Below are positions 27,377-41,074 of a DNA stretch of 64,000 bases, piece by piece. The position numbers were made by a program, and so were the translations under genes. Where the stretch lies: positions 29,016,001-29,080,000 of the forward strand of contig CM060733.1 in assembly GCA_030704615.1 (NCBI GenBank). Direction: 5' to 3'. The notes under the pieces were generated by a model. The model was not told the origin of the DNA and did no database searches. It saw only the letters and a program-made list of their open reading frames with translations. Position 1 is the stretch's first letter; each line of letters starts with the position of its first letter. The DNA is from Takakia lepidozioides. Its lineage: Eukaryota > Plantae > Bryophyta.

Positions 27377-28109
27377 GAAATTATTTGGGCTTTATGTACG
27401 ATTCACATCATCCCATGGAAAAGACAAATTAAACTTGCAGTATAGGGAGATGAATTTTTTTTATTTCAGAATGTCATTGAATAGATAGTGATATTCACTA
27501 CTAAGTAATGTGGACATGCAAGTCGAATTGCGCAGATACGACTACACAACTTGCAACTTCTACAACAGATTATCCATACACGCTACCATAGCAGTAAATA
27601 ATATTACATGCCAAAAACTGACATCATAGGATGTACATGTAAGATTTGTAATTATAGTCTCTCCAGAAGACTTAACGAAGTCGAGGCAATGGACGTAGAT
27701 CATCAGTTTTAATGGAAACAATAGACGGTAACTGTCCGGATGATGACACGATGGCCGCAACAGGCCCAACCCAACCAAATAAACTATTAGGAGGTGTGTT
27801 CGATATAAAAATTACCGGTATAATAAATCTGTGCATAGTTGGGATACGTTTTAGGCATAGATGGCTCTTGCGTAGTATTCAGATCTGGTGTAGAATCAGC
27901 CAAATCTCGGTGGCTAACTTGTCCGTGGATGGATAATACATAGATCAAAATATCGCCCAAACCAAGACCAAAGTGGGTGATCCTGAACTATCACCTCGCG
28001 AGATGCTTTTGCGTAGCTCTCGTTCACGTACTCAATAACATTAGATACTCATATCATGTTTGAAATGAATGACCACACTACATCATTTATATTAGACAAC
28101 TTATTTTTT

Positions 28110-28440
28110 TATCTATTGTATAAAAGAGTGAAATATCTAGTATTTGTAGGGTTTTGAGAGTTTTTTATGGTTCATCGTTCACAAGAAGGATTTGCCCTTC
28201 CCTTGAAAATGAATTTCCTAAAATCCTTACGAGAACGGTTTGAATATCTTTAATGAGATATCTCATATCGGGCTTAATATAACGGGTCGTGGCGTTGCCA
28301 TGCTCCTTAGACCATACAAAACAGAACAGCTTCATCATATCCATGGGTACAAAACATTGTAACATCTTAAGAACAATGTCTCTTTCAGAGCAGGACCAAA
28401 TGACGACATGAAAATTTTCACTGGCACCGAAACATACGAC
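28110..28440 (-). pseudogene. FCP1/NIF-type HAD phosphatase-like gene fragment
   Basis: ENFHVVIWSCS...FVWSKE...IKDIQTV...LLVNDEP*KNSQNP resembles the NIF pattern F.V.IWSS / FVW / KDL / LLIDDSPYK...NP, with an in-frame stop. Confidence 0.6.
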
Positions 28441-29296
28441 TCATGTTTTTTTGTTCCAATCTCTTTGAGCTTTCCGCGGACGTTAAAAAGTACTTTTTAG
28501 AAAGTTTAGGGTTTCAACTTTCATTTCTCTTCCCTCACTCACCAATATATATAGGGCCTCCAAGCCCTCTCTTCAAGATGTCTATCGTGCTCCTATATAT
28601 TGTGGTTGGCATATGGGGTCTTTTATGTCTTCACTCCAACACGATTTCCATTTTGCCTCCCCATTTGAATGATATTAATTAATGAACTAGGCTACATTGG
28701 TCCCCCTTCCTCTACTTTGAATTTTCTGCAGTAGTATTCTTACTAGAGATGATCTCCAATTGATGATCTTTCCTAAAGATATTTTGATGCTTAAATGATG
28801 CACATGGCCAGACATAACCTACTACCTACTTTTTGGTAGTATCACCTTCTCCAATTGACAACTTCCTTCACATGAGCATTGTGCTCCCACTATAATTAAG
28901 GACCCCAGTTTGTCTTGGATGAAAAAAATTTATAGGGCAGGTGAAAAAACTGCCAGAGTCCATTCGGTATGGATGAAAAAACAGGATCCAATGAAAATAA
29001 AACTTGACAAAAGAGTTTTAACAATACAAAGAGTTTTTGAATTTTCTCATGTCCCACAAGTTTGTTAGACAATAATGAATATATGTATTTTTTATTTTAT
29101 TTTTTAAATTGTATCATGGATCAAAATTGAACAGACTTATAGATTGCACGTGAAGTGTGAACCACTTAGAGAAGTCAACACTGAAGTCTTCATCACGACC
29201 ATAATTGTACGATGTAACTTGTAAACACAAAAAACCATAGCCAGAAAAATGTCTAATATACTCGTGTGTGCATTAATTCATACTCTCAATGGACGA

Positions 29297-30522
29297 CTAA
29301 TACTTGAAGGTGAGCAGTGGTGTTCCTTTGAGAAAGGATTGGAACAGTACGAGGGTTTGCATTGGTTTACAAGCGGGAACCTGATGACCTGCACCTCTCA
29401 CTGTTGCAAATGTCAAACCCGCGTATATCTTTGACCACCCTCCAACCTGCCATTAAATGCATGTTCATAACCGTTACAATACTTTGGGTGTTATCATGTC
29501 CAAAAGGGGCTACAATTCAGTTATCCACAATTTAATGGTCACCAGTCTAAGGTTTTATACAAAGTAGAATACACATTTCCACCTTGATGCTCAGTACGTG
29601 GACACTTCTGCAAAATATCTTGTACTTCTATAGGTACATTTGATAGTACTGCAGCCGAATCACCCGCTCTTGAGTTCAAATTCAATCGTTTCTAGTTATA
29701 GATCTGAATTTGTTTGTTGGTGTGCGGGACTCAAGGCTATGCTTAGTAATATTTCAGCAACATGTCAATGAGGAGTTTCACTTATGGGTCTCAATCTGGT
29801 CAGTACTTAGTAGCGTGAGAACTGAAGATCGGGTAATTTGATATTGCAGTACACAAACCTGATTGGAAAAGTTCCAAGGGTACCACGTAGTCTGAGTAGG
29901 TAGGTCCAATTTCGCTAGCCAAGAGCGAGTCCCGACTGTGGGTACAACTCCATCCACATCACCACTGCATGAGGGGATGCCACAAAGTTTGAATCTTTGT
30001 CAATACAGCCTCTCTGTGCATGTTATACAAAATTCAGAATCTGTTTGATTCTCTTTATATATATTAAGAGAGTTGGAGACATGTCTTGTGGCATATCAGG
30101 CGCACCAGCTTAGAGAGCAGTATTCTTGATCTTGACTCCTAGTTCTGGGAGGGTGAGTCTTTCTTTAAAAAATTAATATTTTCTTTAATTGTCCCATGAT
30201 TATAAGCTTTTTGAGATTCTGCAGCATATTATAGATTAAATTGTTTTCTCCTTCTGAGTTAATATGGCTCCAAATGTTTCTCCTTTTGAAGTCCCTTGGA
30301 CCTCTCGTGGATGCAATAAACATTATAGCCCATACTTTGCATTAAACTTACTAAGAAGCGTCTGATCACACTTTGATTACCTATAATAGTAGCGCTCATG
30401 TATGAGATGGTGAGACGTACCTGTACACCCATGTTTTGAGATCCTTGGTGAGAAGAATGCGATAGACGGGTATGACAGATTGTAGTAAATCTGATTCCGC
30501 GTAGTTGGTAAAAGTTGGGTCA
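29297..30522 (-). pseudogene. SCPL copy B, last three exons only (30522-30421, 29964-29859, 29446-29297)
   Basis: Encodes DPTFTNYAESDLLQSVIPVYRILLTKDLKTWVYS-GDVDG...[24 protein letters not shown]...FKY*. Introns are nearly identical to copy A. No upstream exons seen before the TE cluster. Confidence 0.85.
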
Positions 30523-30889
30523 CTGTGCCACCAAAAGACAAACCAGATAAAAGATCATCAAAGTATAGTTAATAAGATAGATTGCATACTATGATTAAAT
30601 ATGTATTATCGTAAACACACTCATATTTTTGTAGTGTTGGGAAACTTGAATCTTTTGACATAGGATAGTGCTTGGGTTACTTGTAGGACATGTTTGAGAT
30701 AGGGATGCCTCGGCGTGAGCCTGGTCGCGTGAGCGCAGCTGGGCTCACCCGACGTCACCTTGCGCCCGCCACGTCATCGCGCTTCCACGCCGCGTCACCG
30801 CGCGCCCGAAGCAGAGTGTATTTCCGCGGAAGAGCACCCTTAACCGCGGAAAGAAGCTGGACGATATAATAAAATAATGTGGTCATTCC

Positions 30890-31130
30890 CACCACGGATG
30901 AATGCAAGATGGATGAATGTAGAGTGGGTGAGAAACAGATGGATGAGTGCGAACAATGCAAACGGATGGATGAATGTGGGATGGATGAATGTACAATGGA
31001 TGTTCAATGAATAATGCAAAACATTCATGAAGGGAGGATGCATGAATACACAGTAGATGAATGCACAATGGATGAATATACGGTAGTTGAATATGACATA
31101 AGTGTGTGGGGTTGGTGGGATGGATTCATG
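30890..31130 (+). repeat. Degenerate GGATGAAT low-complexity tandem repeat
   Basis: Repeated (TG)GATGAAT motif; a similar motif occurs at 60040-60120. Confidence 0.8.
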
Positions 31131-32683
31131 AAGATTTCCACTTCAATCTAAGTGAAGTGTTTGTTTCCGTTTTTTTTTTCTGTCGGAACAACTGCAATCA
31201 AGTAGGGGATCAATTCAATCTTATCTTAAGAGGATGAGAACAAAACAATAAAAATGTGAAGTTCAGTCTGACTCAGAGTCAGTACAATGTATCCCCGCAT
31301 CCTCTGCATCTAAGTCTAGCCCAGAGAAACTTACCAGGAGTAAATACCAGAAGTTACCAAGTTACCATATTACCAGAAATTACCATGACTTGCTATGATT
31401 TACTATGATCTACCATGATTTACCATTACTTACCAAGTTACCGAAAGTTTATCAAATTACCAAAAATAACTTGAGAAATTGCTGATGAAGCTTCATTTGG
31501 AGGAAACTTCTCCGTCAAGATACCTCTTTTGTTTAAGGAAGCTTCTCCATCAAAAAACTTTTGTTTAATATTGGAAACTTCTCCATCAAGAAACCTCCAC
31601 AGGGGAACTTCTTAGTAGCCAATATATATAGGAGGCGAGACTGGACACTCTTCAGTCTCGCCAACACAAGTTCAAGCTACTCTTGTTCCCAGTCCCAGTA
31701 CTCGAGTCCAGCTTCCAGTACTCTAGTCCAGTTTCCAATATTCCAGTATTCGAGTCGAGTCCCAGTATCTTGTACTTTTGTCCATTGTTATAAAGATCAT
31801 CTTGATTCATGTTTACCAACCATGCATTCGGCCACGTCGATATTGTCTTCTTGTCTAGTCTTGTACCTCTAGTCCGATCTCTTGTTTGTGTTGAGTCATG
31901 TTTTTGTCCTTGACAGTTTGGCGAGATTAAAGTTTGTTCCTTAGTTAGTTAAGATGGAAGACACATTTGCGGAAATGGTCGCCACATTGCAGAGTCTTCA
32001 GCTCCAGATGAAGGAACTTCGTACCTCTACCGCTGAAGCTGATCAATTTCAAGATCTTGACAACGCTCTCCACAATTTGCAACAACAAATTTCAGAGTTA
32101 AAGGAGTCGAACAATGGATCTTCAATCATACGAGTTCCTACTGCAACAGCTCCTACTGCAACGGTTCATCTTCAACAGATAATGAGAGAACCTAAGATCA
32201 GCATGCCCGAGAAATTTGATGGGACGCGATCAAGATTTCGCGGTTTTGTTCAACAAGTACGACTACATTACCGCACCCCATGAAGGTATTCAAGTGGGAT
32301 TCGTGGGCACCCTTCTATCAGGCACTGCCCTATCTTGGTTTGCACCGCTATTAACAAAAAAAAACACATTTACTATATAATTTTGAAGCTTTCATGTCCG
32401 AGTTCACTGCAACGTTTGGAGAGAATGATAGAGAGAAAATTGCAGAGACAAAGATGTGAAATCTTCGACAAGGAGTACGTCCTGCTTCCGTTTATGCTAC
32501 CGGTAGTGATCCTATGCAGATTGATGCTGTCCGATTCAAGCCATTGACGCCACAAAGAAAAAGACGACGCTCGAATGGATTATGTCTCTATTGCGGAGAA
32601 GAAGATCACATAGCATTAAACTGCCCCAACAAGAGAAGATTCAAAACTCGGGGCACAATTCAAGTGTTCGATACGAGGAGGTC

Positions 32684-32731
32684 GGAAAACGAAGATGTCC
32701 AGTCACAGTAAGGACCATGCGGCTGGACATC
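32684..32731 (+). promoter_or_regulatory. Probable -1 ribosomal frameshift signal at the gag-pol junction
   Basis: G GAA AAC heptamer followed by stem GATGTCCAG...CTGGACATC enclosing the gag TAA. The -1 frame (GKRRCPVTVRTMRLDI) is open. Confidence 0.6.
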
Positions 32732-34126
32732 ACAAATTTCTTACCGAAAAAAAAATCTCTTTCTACCTCCAGACCCTGCACCTTGCTTCACAGTTTTGGT
32801 AAAAATTAGAGTGCAAAATCGAGATATTTCTATAGAAGCACTTTTGGACTCAGGGGACTTCAGCTTGTTTTGCGAAGCAACACAATTTAACGCTCGTAAA
32901 GAAGAAACTCTCGGCCCCCGTTGAAGTCATCGATGGACGACCGTTAGCATCATGAAATGTGGACCATGAAACTCGACCACTTGAAGTAAAGCTTAAAGAT
33001 CAAGCATCACATATTATTTTCAACGTCATCCAGTCTCCAACAAATCATGTGATCATTGGACTTCCCTAGTTCGTACTTCACAATCCCGACATCGACTGGC
33101 GATCGCGAAAAATTTCTGCAAGACAAAAATGTAGAAATATCAAAGGTATTCAACCCCTGTTTCTTGGAGCTAGAGCTTTCATGAGAGCTACCAAAAAGGA
33201 TGCGACATTTGCACTTTATGCGACTCTGATCACACTAGAAGCATTCGTGTCTTTTCCGAATCGACTGTATGTCCAAAACCACTGAGGGAACAACTTTGAG
33301 ATGTTTGTTACTACTGCACAGTCGTAACGGATAAATTCGCATTTCTAATGGCGGATAGAAGTTGCATCAACGACTCCGCAATCGGCGCAATATTCGCGGC
33401 GATTTAATTCAATTACGTAATTTTATTTTATTTTTTAAAACAACAATTACAAGTGGTTTTAAGCACTAGAGAACGACTCTTAACAACTAGACATTCATTG
33501 CACACCCTATTTAAAAAATGGAATTTTTATAAGTGCTCCACATGGCTCATGACGTGGAATATTTTAATGTATTTTAGGGCTTGTGTGGCTCGTAGAGATT
33601 GTTCTAATTGTCGGATGTAAAATGATCTAAGGGTGGAAGAGTAACTTTGTCCTTTGCCTGAATTTGTCTAAGTGTTGGGAGAGGGATGGAGGCTTGAGAG
33701 AGAGACGGGCAAGTGATGCGAGAAGGACGAAGACCAAATCGAGGCCCATGTCATGTTGTTGCAAGCGTTTATGGCGTCAATGGCGCATTATGTGCAAATA
33801 TGGGCTCTTGGCTCCCCTTTGTACCATGATTTGGTATTCTTCCTGATGATCACAAGGTTCTTGGGGGAATCAGCTTGGTCTTAGCAGCCCATATTTTAAT
33901 CTCTGCCCGCTCAGCTGCACCGTGGTGGTTCTTACAAACCAATCCCACATTACCTGACTACAGATACAAGCAGCACGCACAAGAGGTCTTCTTGGGTTCA
34001 TGGTCAGTCTAATCCGCAATGGGTCATGACACAAGGCAGGGAACAATGTGGTGAGGGCAGCGTCTTCTTCGAGCTATTTCAGCCTGTTTTGCCGAGATGT
34101 AGTGTCGTGGAGTGCGATGCTTGCAG

Positions 34127-37100
34127 TGTCGCGGCCCTTTGCCTTGAGGGCAGGGGGTCGGGACACATGAGGGGCTGCCCCTGTGGTGGGGGCAGCGGCA
34201 GCGATAGGTATGGGGGGCTGAAGCACCCTTGAGTGCCCAAGGCACTCAAGGAGGCGGAGGCGCTCACTAGGTGGAGCCCCGCACACCGGGTTGCGGTGGG
34301 GTGGCTCCACAAGGGTGGTGGTAGCTTAGCGGGACTTAGTGGGGGTGGCATAGGACTCACCATGGGGGCGGAGACCTCGTGGTGGGAGTCGTGGGGAGTC
34401 TTGGGACTCATCACGGTCCATAGGGCCGTGGTGAGTGGGCCAAGACTCACCGCGACTCATCACCGGGAGTCGAGGGTTTTCGTGGTGGTTCGCCATAAAA
34501 TGGCATGGCTGGTTGTGAAACCCCCGCGGACAGCTACAGAAGTATATATAGGGGAGTAGTAACCCCGAGAACGGTGCAAGCCCGTTGGTGACCAAAAACT
34601 AGTGAGTAAGCGAGCGAGCCGGAAAGCGACCAAAGAGTGGGGAGCTGTTCCGGACTGCCAACTACCAAAGGGAATTCCCACTGGTTCCAAATCGGTGGAG
34701 GGTTCTTTGGGAGAACAAAGGGGGACCGTTATGCCCCGGTGAGCAGCCGAAGCTCCAAGTTGGCCCGGCGGCCAGGTTGGGAGTCAGGCGCGCATCAAAG
34801 CGAGTAACTATGACTTGAGGGGGAGCTTACCGAAGTGAGGTGCGCGACACTTGGTATCAGAGCTTAGAGTTCAGTACGCGATCGTCCTTGGGATTGGCCT
34901 CATCATGGGGTCGGGCAAGCCGAAGCGAAAGCGGAACGGCCCAAAAGATGATGATCCTGGAGCCCGATGGGGGCGACGTGTCACCGAGGCGGCCGTTTGA
35001 GGAAGCGATGCATGTTTCCGAAAACGAGGCCGCTCAAGAGCGGGAGGAATCCGAGGAGTCGGAGCCCGAGGAATCCTTGAGAGCTCCGACAAACCAAGAG
35101 ATGCCTCCCATGCCGGCAGCCTTTTGGGAAGGGTTGTTGGCGCAGTTTGGCGGGACGTTGAAAGACGTGTTGAAGGCGGCTAATGCCACTTCCACTAAGG
35201 CAAAGTTTAAGGTGAAGCCTAAGGAACCCGGCACCTTCGAGGGCGTCCGAAATCGGAAGGCACTCAACACCTGGCTCCTGGAGCTAGAGCAGTACTTCCG
35301 GGCGGCCAAGTTGAGTGACGAGGATCGGGTGGAAGTGGCTCCCACCTATTTGAGGGGCTATGCTCAACAATGGTGGCAGAAACGCCTTCACGACCGAGGT
35401 CCAAGCCCGGAAACCTTGAACTGGAGTGGGTTCAAGGAATTGATGAAGAGACAGTTTGTGCCCCTCAACGCGTCCTGGCTTGCCCGGGACAAGATGAGGA
35501 ATTTGAAGCAAACAGATGACATTCGGGGTATGTCCAGGCTTTCAATGTGCTGTTGCTCGAAGTCGCGGACATGGCAGAACCAGAAATGGTCTTCAACTTT
35601 GTGGCGGGACTGGCCCCATGGGCCGGCGGAAGTTGGAGGAGAAGCCACCCAAGACTTTGAACGAGGCAATTGAGAGGGCTGAATGTTTCTCGATGTCCCT
35701 AGGGGTGAAAGACAAGGCCGTACGGAGCTGAACCACAAGAAGACCCGGCGGGAAGGTGACTCCTTCCGACCGGAAAAGAAGTGGGATAGGCCACACGGCG
35801 ACAATGGCACGTGGAAATCGAAGGGAGGGCCTTCACACGTCAAGGCGGCACCCGGTGCTTCGAAAGGAAAAGCGGGTGGAGCGGCTTATGGCGGACAGAA
35901 GGCGACCTTTGATGGAGTGTGTTTCAATTGCGGGGAGCCCGGGCACATGGCCAAGAAGTGCACGAAACCCGACAATTGAACATGACTCGGGCAACCACGG
36001 AGCTGTCGGAAGATACCATCAGTCGCTTGGTGGAAGCGGTGGTCGCCAGGACTTGCAAGGTAGGCAACTATTCTTGTGAGTTGTATCAGGAAACTGGCGC
36101 CTGCGTAAAGGGAGTCAGTTATTGTTCGTGGATGGGATAATATCCGGAACTAACGTGTCGTTGTTGGTGGACACAGGAGCGTCGCACTCCTTCATGACGC
36201 CGGCGGCGGCGCGAAAGTTGGGACTCCCGACAAGTGACGTGGGGGCCTCTATTGAGGTGCGTTCTGCCAAAGGAGAACCACAGTTGGCGACAAGGTTGGC
36301 GTTTGATGTTCCTCTTCAACTGGGGAGTTGGGAGGGACGTGAGAACTTCACCATCTGCGAGATCGATGGAGTGGATCTCATTTTGGGGATGACCTTTTTG
36401 AGCAAATCCGGAGCGGTCATAGATGGCCGCAAGAGAGTAGTCACGCTGCCATGTGGGAATGGTGGCGAGGTCTTACGAGTGTCGGAAACGCCCAAATCCG
36501 TGGGAGGGCGAATAAACCTTCTGTCAGCAAGGGAGTGGGCCGTGGAGGAGGCACACGAGCCCCAGTTTTTGCTTTACATTAGAGAAGTGAAGGGAGAAGG
36601 CGATGGGGAGCCGAGCCCAGATTGGATCAAGGGGATTTTGGAGAAATACCAGGATGTGATGCCGGAGGATTTACCAAGCGGCTTGCCACCGCGAAGAGGA
36701 GTTGACCACAAGATTGAGGTGATACCGGGATCGGAACCGCCTGCCAAGGCGCCCTACCGGTTGAGCCACAGAGTTGGTCGAGCTGAAGACTCAGCTCAAG
36801 GATCTAATGTCAAAGGGGTACATCCGGCCGAGTAAGTCACCTTACGGAGCCCCGGTGCTATTCGCAGACAAGAAGGATGGGACGCTGCGGATGTGTGTCG
36901 ATTACAGGGCTTTGAATAAGGTGACTATCAAAAACCGGTACCCTTTGCCAAGGATCGACGACCTTTTCGATCGGTTGGCAGGAGCGAAGTATTTCAGCCG
37001 GATCGACTTGCGCTCCGGCTATCATCAAATTCGGGTGGCGGAAGGAGATGAGGAGAAGACCGCGTGCAGGACAAGGTATGGTTCATATGAGTTCTTGGTG

Positions 37101-40100
37101 ATGCCTTTTGGGCTCACCAATGCACCAGCGACCTTTAGCACGCTGATGAACAGCCTTTTTCAGGAGTGGTTGGATGACTTTGTGATCGTGTACATCGACG
37201 ACATCTTGGTGTACTCGAAAACAAAGGAGGAGCACCTGGAGCACCTCAAAAGGGTGTTCCAAAAGTTGCGGGAAGGGAAGCTGTATGCCAAAGCTTCAAA
37301 GTGCGAATTCGGGGTCACGAAAGTGGAGTTCTTGGGGCATGTGATTACACAGGATGGGATCAAAATGGATGACAGAAAGGTGAGGGCGATCTTGGACTGG
37401 GAGCCTCCGACTTCGGTCCCGGGAGTGCGATCCTTCCTAGGACTCGCCTCCTTTACCGGAAGTATGTGAGAAATTTCGCCAAGATCGCGGGGCCGCTGTC
37501 GGACCTTCTGTGTAAATCCAAAGTCTGGGTATGGAACACCTTTTGTGGCCAAGCTTTTGCTGAATTGAAGCAGCGGATGGCGGAAGCTCCAGTCTTGAAA
37601 ATCCCGGAGTTCGATCGTCCATTTGAGATTCATACAGATGCGTCGGACTTCGCGATTGGGGTGTACTTATGCAAGATGGACGTCCAGTGGCTTACGAAAG
37701 TAAGAAACTGAATGAAGTGGAGCGACGGTGGCCGACGCACGAAAAAGAGATGAAGGCGGTGGTGCATTGCCTTGAGCTTTGGCGCCACTATGTTGGTTCC
37801 AACCCAGTGAAGGTGTTCACGGACAATGTCACGGTGAAGTATTTTGCCACGCAGCCCAAGTTGTCCCCAAAACAACTTAGGTGGCAAGATACTTTGGCGG
37901 TGTTCGACGTGGATATCCAGTACAAACCGGGACGGGACAACGTGGTGGCCGATGCTTTAAGTAGAAAGCAGCAGCTCTTGTTGGTGTACAAGGGCGAGAC
38001 GGCGCTCCAAAGGAAGATCCGGAAGGCTTGCCGGAAGGATGAGCTGGCGAAGTCCGTGATGCAGACTTGAGGATGGGGGTTAAATCGCAGTTCCACTTGC
38101 AAAATGGACTGCTCCGGTATAAGCAAAAGCGTCTCTACGTGCCGAAGGGAGGGATCAGAGATAGCTCTTGAGAGAATGCCATGATAGCCCGCTTGCGGGC
38201 CACGGCGGAGCCAAGCGCACTGCGGCACTCTTGAAGAAAGAGTATTTCTGGCCCAAACTGAGGGAGGAGGCAGAGGAGTATGTCAAGACATGCACCACAT
38301 GCCAACAAAACCGGAGCGAGTACAAAAAGCAAGCGGGGCTGTTACAACCCTTGCCGATTCCAGAGGGGACTTGGGAAAGCGTCTCGATGGATTTCATGAC
38401 TGCTATGCCGCTGTCAAAAGGATTCGATGCAATCATGGTGGTGGTGGATAGGTTCAGTAAAATGGGCCATTTCATCCCCACCAAGGAGACGGCAACGGCG
38501 CAGGAGACAGGGCGACTTTACTTCGCCCACGTCTTAAAGCATCATGGAGTCCCGAAGGATATTGTCTCGGACCGCGATCCAAAGTTTACGAGTAAATTTT
38601 GGAGGACACTTTGGAAGAAGATGGGGACGAGGCTGAAGATGAGCACCGCCTTCCGACCTACGACCGACGGCCAAACGGAAAGAGTGAATTCCGTAGTGAA
38701 GCAATCTTGCGGAATTACGTGTCGGCAGACCAAACAGACTGGGTGGAACACTTAGACGCGGCAGAGTTCTGTTATAATAACACAGAACACTCCGCAACGG
38801 GAGTTTCCCTTTCGTATTGGTCTATGGAAAAGCACCTCTGGTGCCGACAAGTTGGGCCGCCCAGGACGTTGAGGAACCGGCAGTAGCGGCGGTACTGGAA
38901 GAACGCGAGCGTTTGTTGAAGCTCGCAAAGTACAACATTGCCAAAGCTAGGAAACGGTATGAAAGGCAGGCGAATCGGAAGCGGAGGGAAGTGAAGTTTG
39001 AGGCAGGCACGGAGGTCTGGTTGAACATCAAGAATTTCCGACTACCTCCGGAAGTGAGTCCAAAGTTCGTACCTCCGTATGCGGGACCCTTTCGCATTCG
39101 GAAGGTTATGAATGAGGATGTGTATGAATTGGAGCTGCCGGCAAACAGCAAGGTGCACCCAGTATTCCATGTCTCCCTTTTGAAGCCTTACTTCAAAGAT
39201 GAAGCGCGTCCGAATCGGCATCAAGTGTTGCGTCCGCCACCTATGCTGTTGGATCATGAAAATGAACCTGAGTACGAGGTGGAGGCAATACTTAAGTCGA
39301 GGAGGTTCAAGAACCGAGAAACGGAGTATCTCGTCAAATGGAAGGGCTATCATCATGTGGAGGCATCTTGGGTGCGTGCCTCAGAAATGGGAAACGCATC
39401 CGAGGCGGTTGCAGTTTTCGAAGGGCGACCTCAAAAGCGGAAGAAGCGTTGATGGGGACATCAACCTTGGAGCGTGGGGAGGAAATGCATGCTTAGCCCG
39501 GCTTAGCTAGCTCAGGAATCCGATTGCAAAAACTTGTATTGTACAAAAATTTGTTATAAAGAAATGGGTTCCAAATGTTGTGCGTCCTATTTTGTTTGGA
39601 ATGGTGATGCATGGTATGGTTGGCTAGTGTGTAGAATGCATGCTAGCTTATAAAAGTGGGAGAGGTAAATTGGGTTAATCGTGTGTTTGCGTAGTGCCGA
39701 AATCGGGTGACCCATCCAAGGGGCAAGGAAACTTGCGCCTTCTTTGGGAGTTCACGTGCTAGTGCGCACCTGGCGCGTGCGCGTACTATAACTGCGCTAC
39801 CGAGGGGGTTGCCTTGTAGTGCGGGCTAACGCGGAAGCTACGTGCTTCCGTTCACGTACTATAATCGTGTAGCCTCGGGACGAAGTCGTAGTGCGGCTTC
39901 GGCGTGTTCCCGTACCTCAGGCCAGCATTCCAAGGGACCCAATTGTAGTGATTGGGGCGCACGGTTGGTTCAAGGTTATCTTCCTAGTCAAAGAGGGTTC
40001 CAGGTGAACCCTTGCTCAAGGTGATGCCAAAAGCGGCATCATGAGCGATCGCAAGCAATGTTGTTGCAGTAAGGCGATTCGATCCTCGGGAGGATCGTTC

Positions 40101-41074
40101 CTTGGCCTTGAAGTAGGCCAAGAAGAGTGCACTGGGAGGAGCTGGAGAGGCTCCACCCTTGGCCGGGACTTGGAGGAAGTCGGCCGAACTAGCTAGTGGA
40201 GAGTAGAGTCAAGTGTGGGGTTTGGTTCTTTGCCATGGGACGCCATGGTACGGAAACAAACTCCTTGATGTGGGACGCCACAACTTGGATGTTCGTTTCT
40301 ACAAAATGGACAAGTCGATGAGGACATCGACTCCCTGTTGGTAGGGGTGTGTGTCGCGGCCCTTTCCCTTGAGGGCAGGGGGTCGGGACACATGAGGGGC
40401 TGCCCCTGTGGTGGGGGCAGTGGCAGCGCGATAGGTATGGGGGGCTGAAGCACCCTTGAGTGCCCAAGGCACTCAAGGAGGCGGAGGCGCTCACTAGGTG
40501 GAGCCCCGCACACCGGGTTGCGGTGGGGGTGGCTCCACAAGGGGTGGTGGTAGCTTAGCGGGACTTAGTGGGGGTGGCATAGGACTCACCATGGGGGCGG
40601 AGACCTCGTGGTGGGAGTCGTGGGGAGTCTTGGGACTCATCACGGTCCATAGGGCCGTGGTGAGTGGGCCAAGACTCACCGCGACTCATCACCGGGAGTC
40701 GAGGGTTTTCGTGGTGGTTCGCCATAAAATGGCATGGCTGGTTGTGAAACCCCCGCGGACAGCTACAGAAGTATATATAGGGGGAGTAGTAACCCCGAGA
40801 ACGGTGCAAGCCCGTTGGTGACCATAGTGAGTAAGCGAGCGAGCCGGAAAGCGACCAAAGAGTGGGGAGCTGTTCCGGACTGCCAACTACCAAAGGGAAT
40901 TCCCGCTGGTCCCAAATCGGTGGAGGGTTCTTTGGGGAACAAGGGGGACCGTTATGCCCGGTGAGCAGCCGAAAGCTCCAAGTTGGCCCGGCGGCCAGGT
41001 TGGGAGTCAGGCGCGCGCATCAAAGCGAGTAACTATGACTTGAGGGGGAGCTTACCGAAGTGAGGTGCGCGACA
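34127..41074 (+). mobile_element. Full-length young Ty3/gypsy chromovirus; LTRs 34127-34849 and 40352-41074
   Basis: TG...CA LTRs of 723 bp, 5-bp TSD TGCAG, iMet PBS TGGTATCAGAGC at ~34852, purine-rich tract at 40340-51. Confidence 0.97.
34905..39452 (+). CDS. gag-pol of the Ty3 chromovirus (gag, CCHC, protease, RT, RNase H, integrase, chromodomain); multiple apparent frameshifts
   Basis: [95 protein letters not shown]...YLVKWKGY. Confidence 0.92.
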
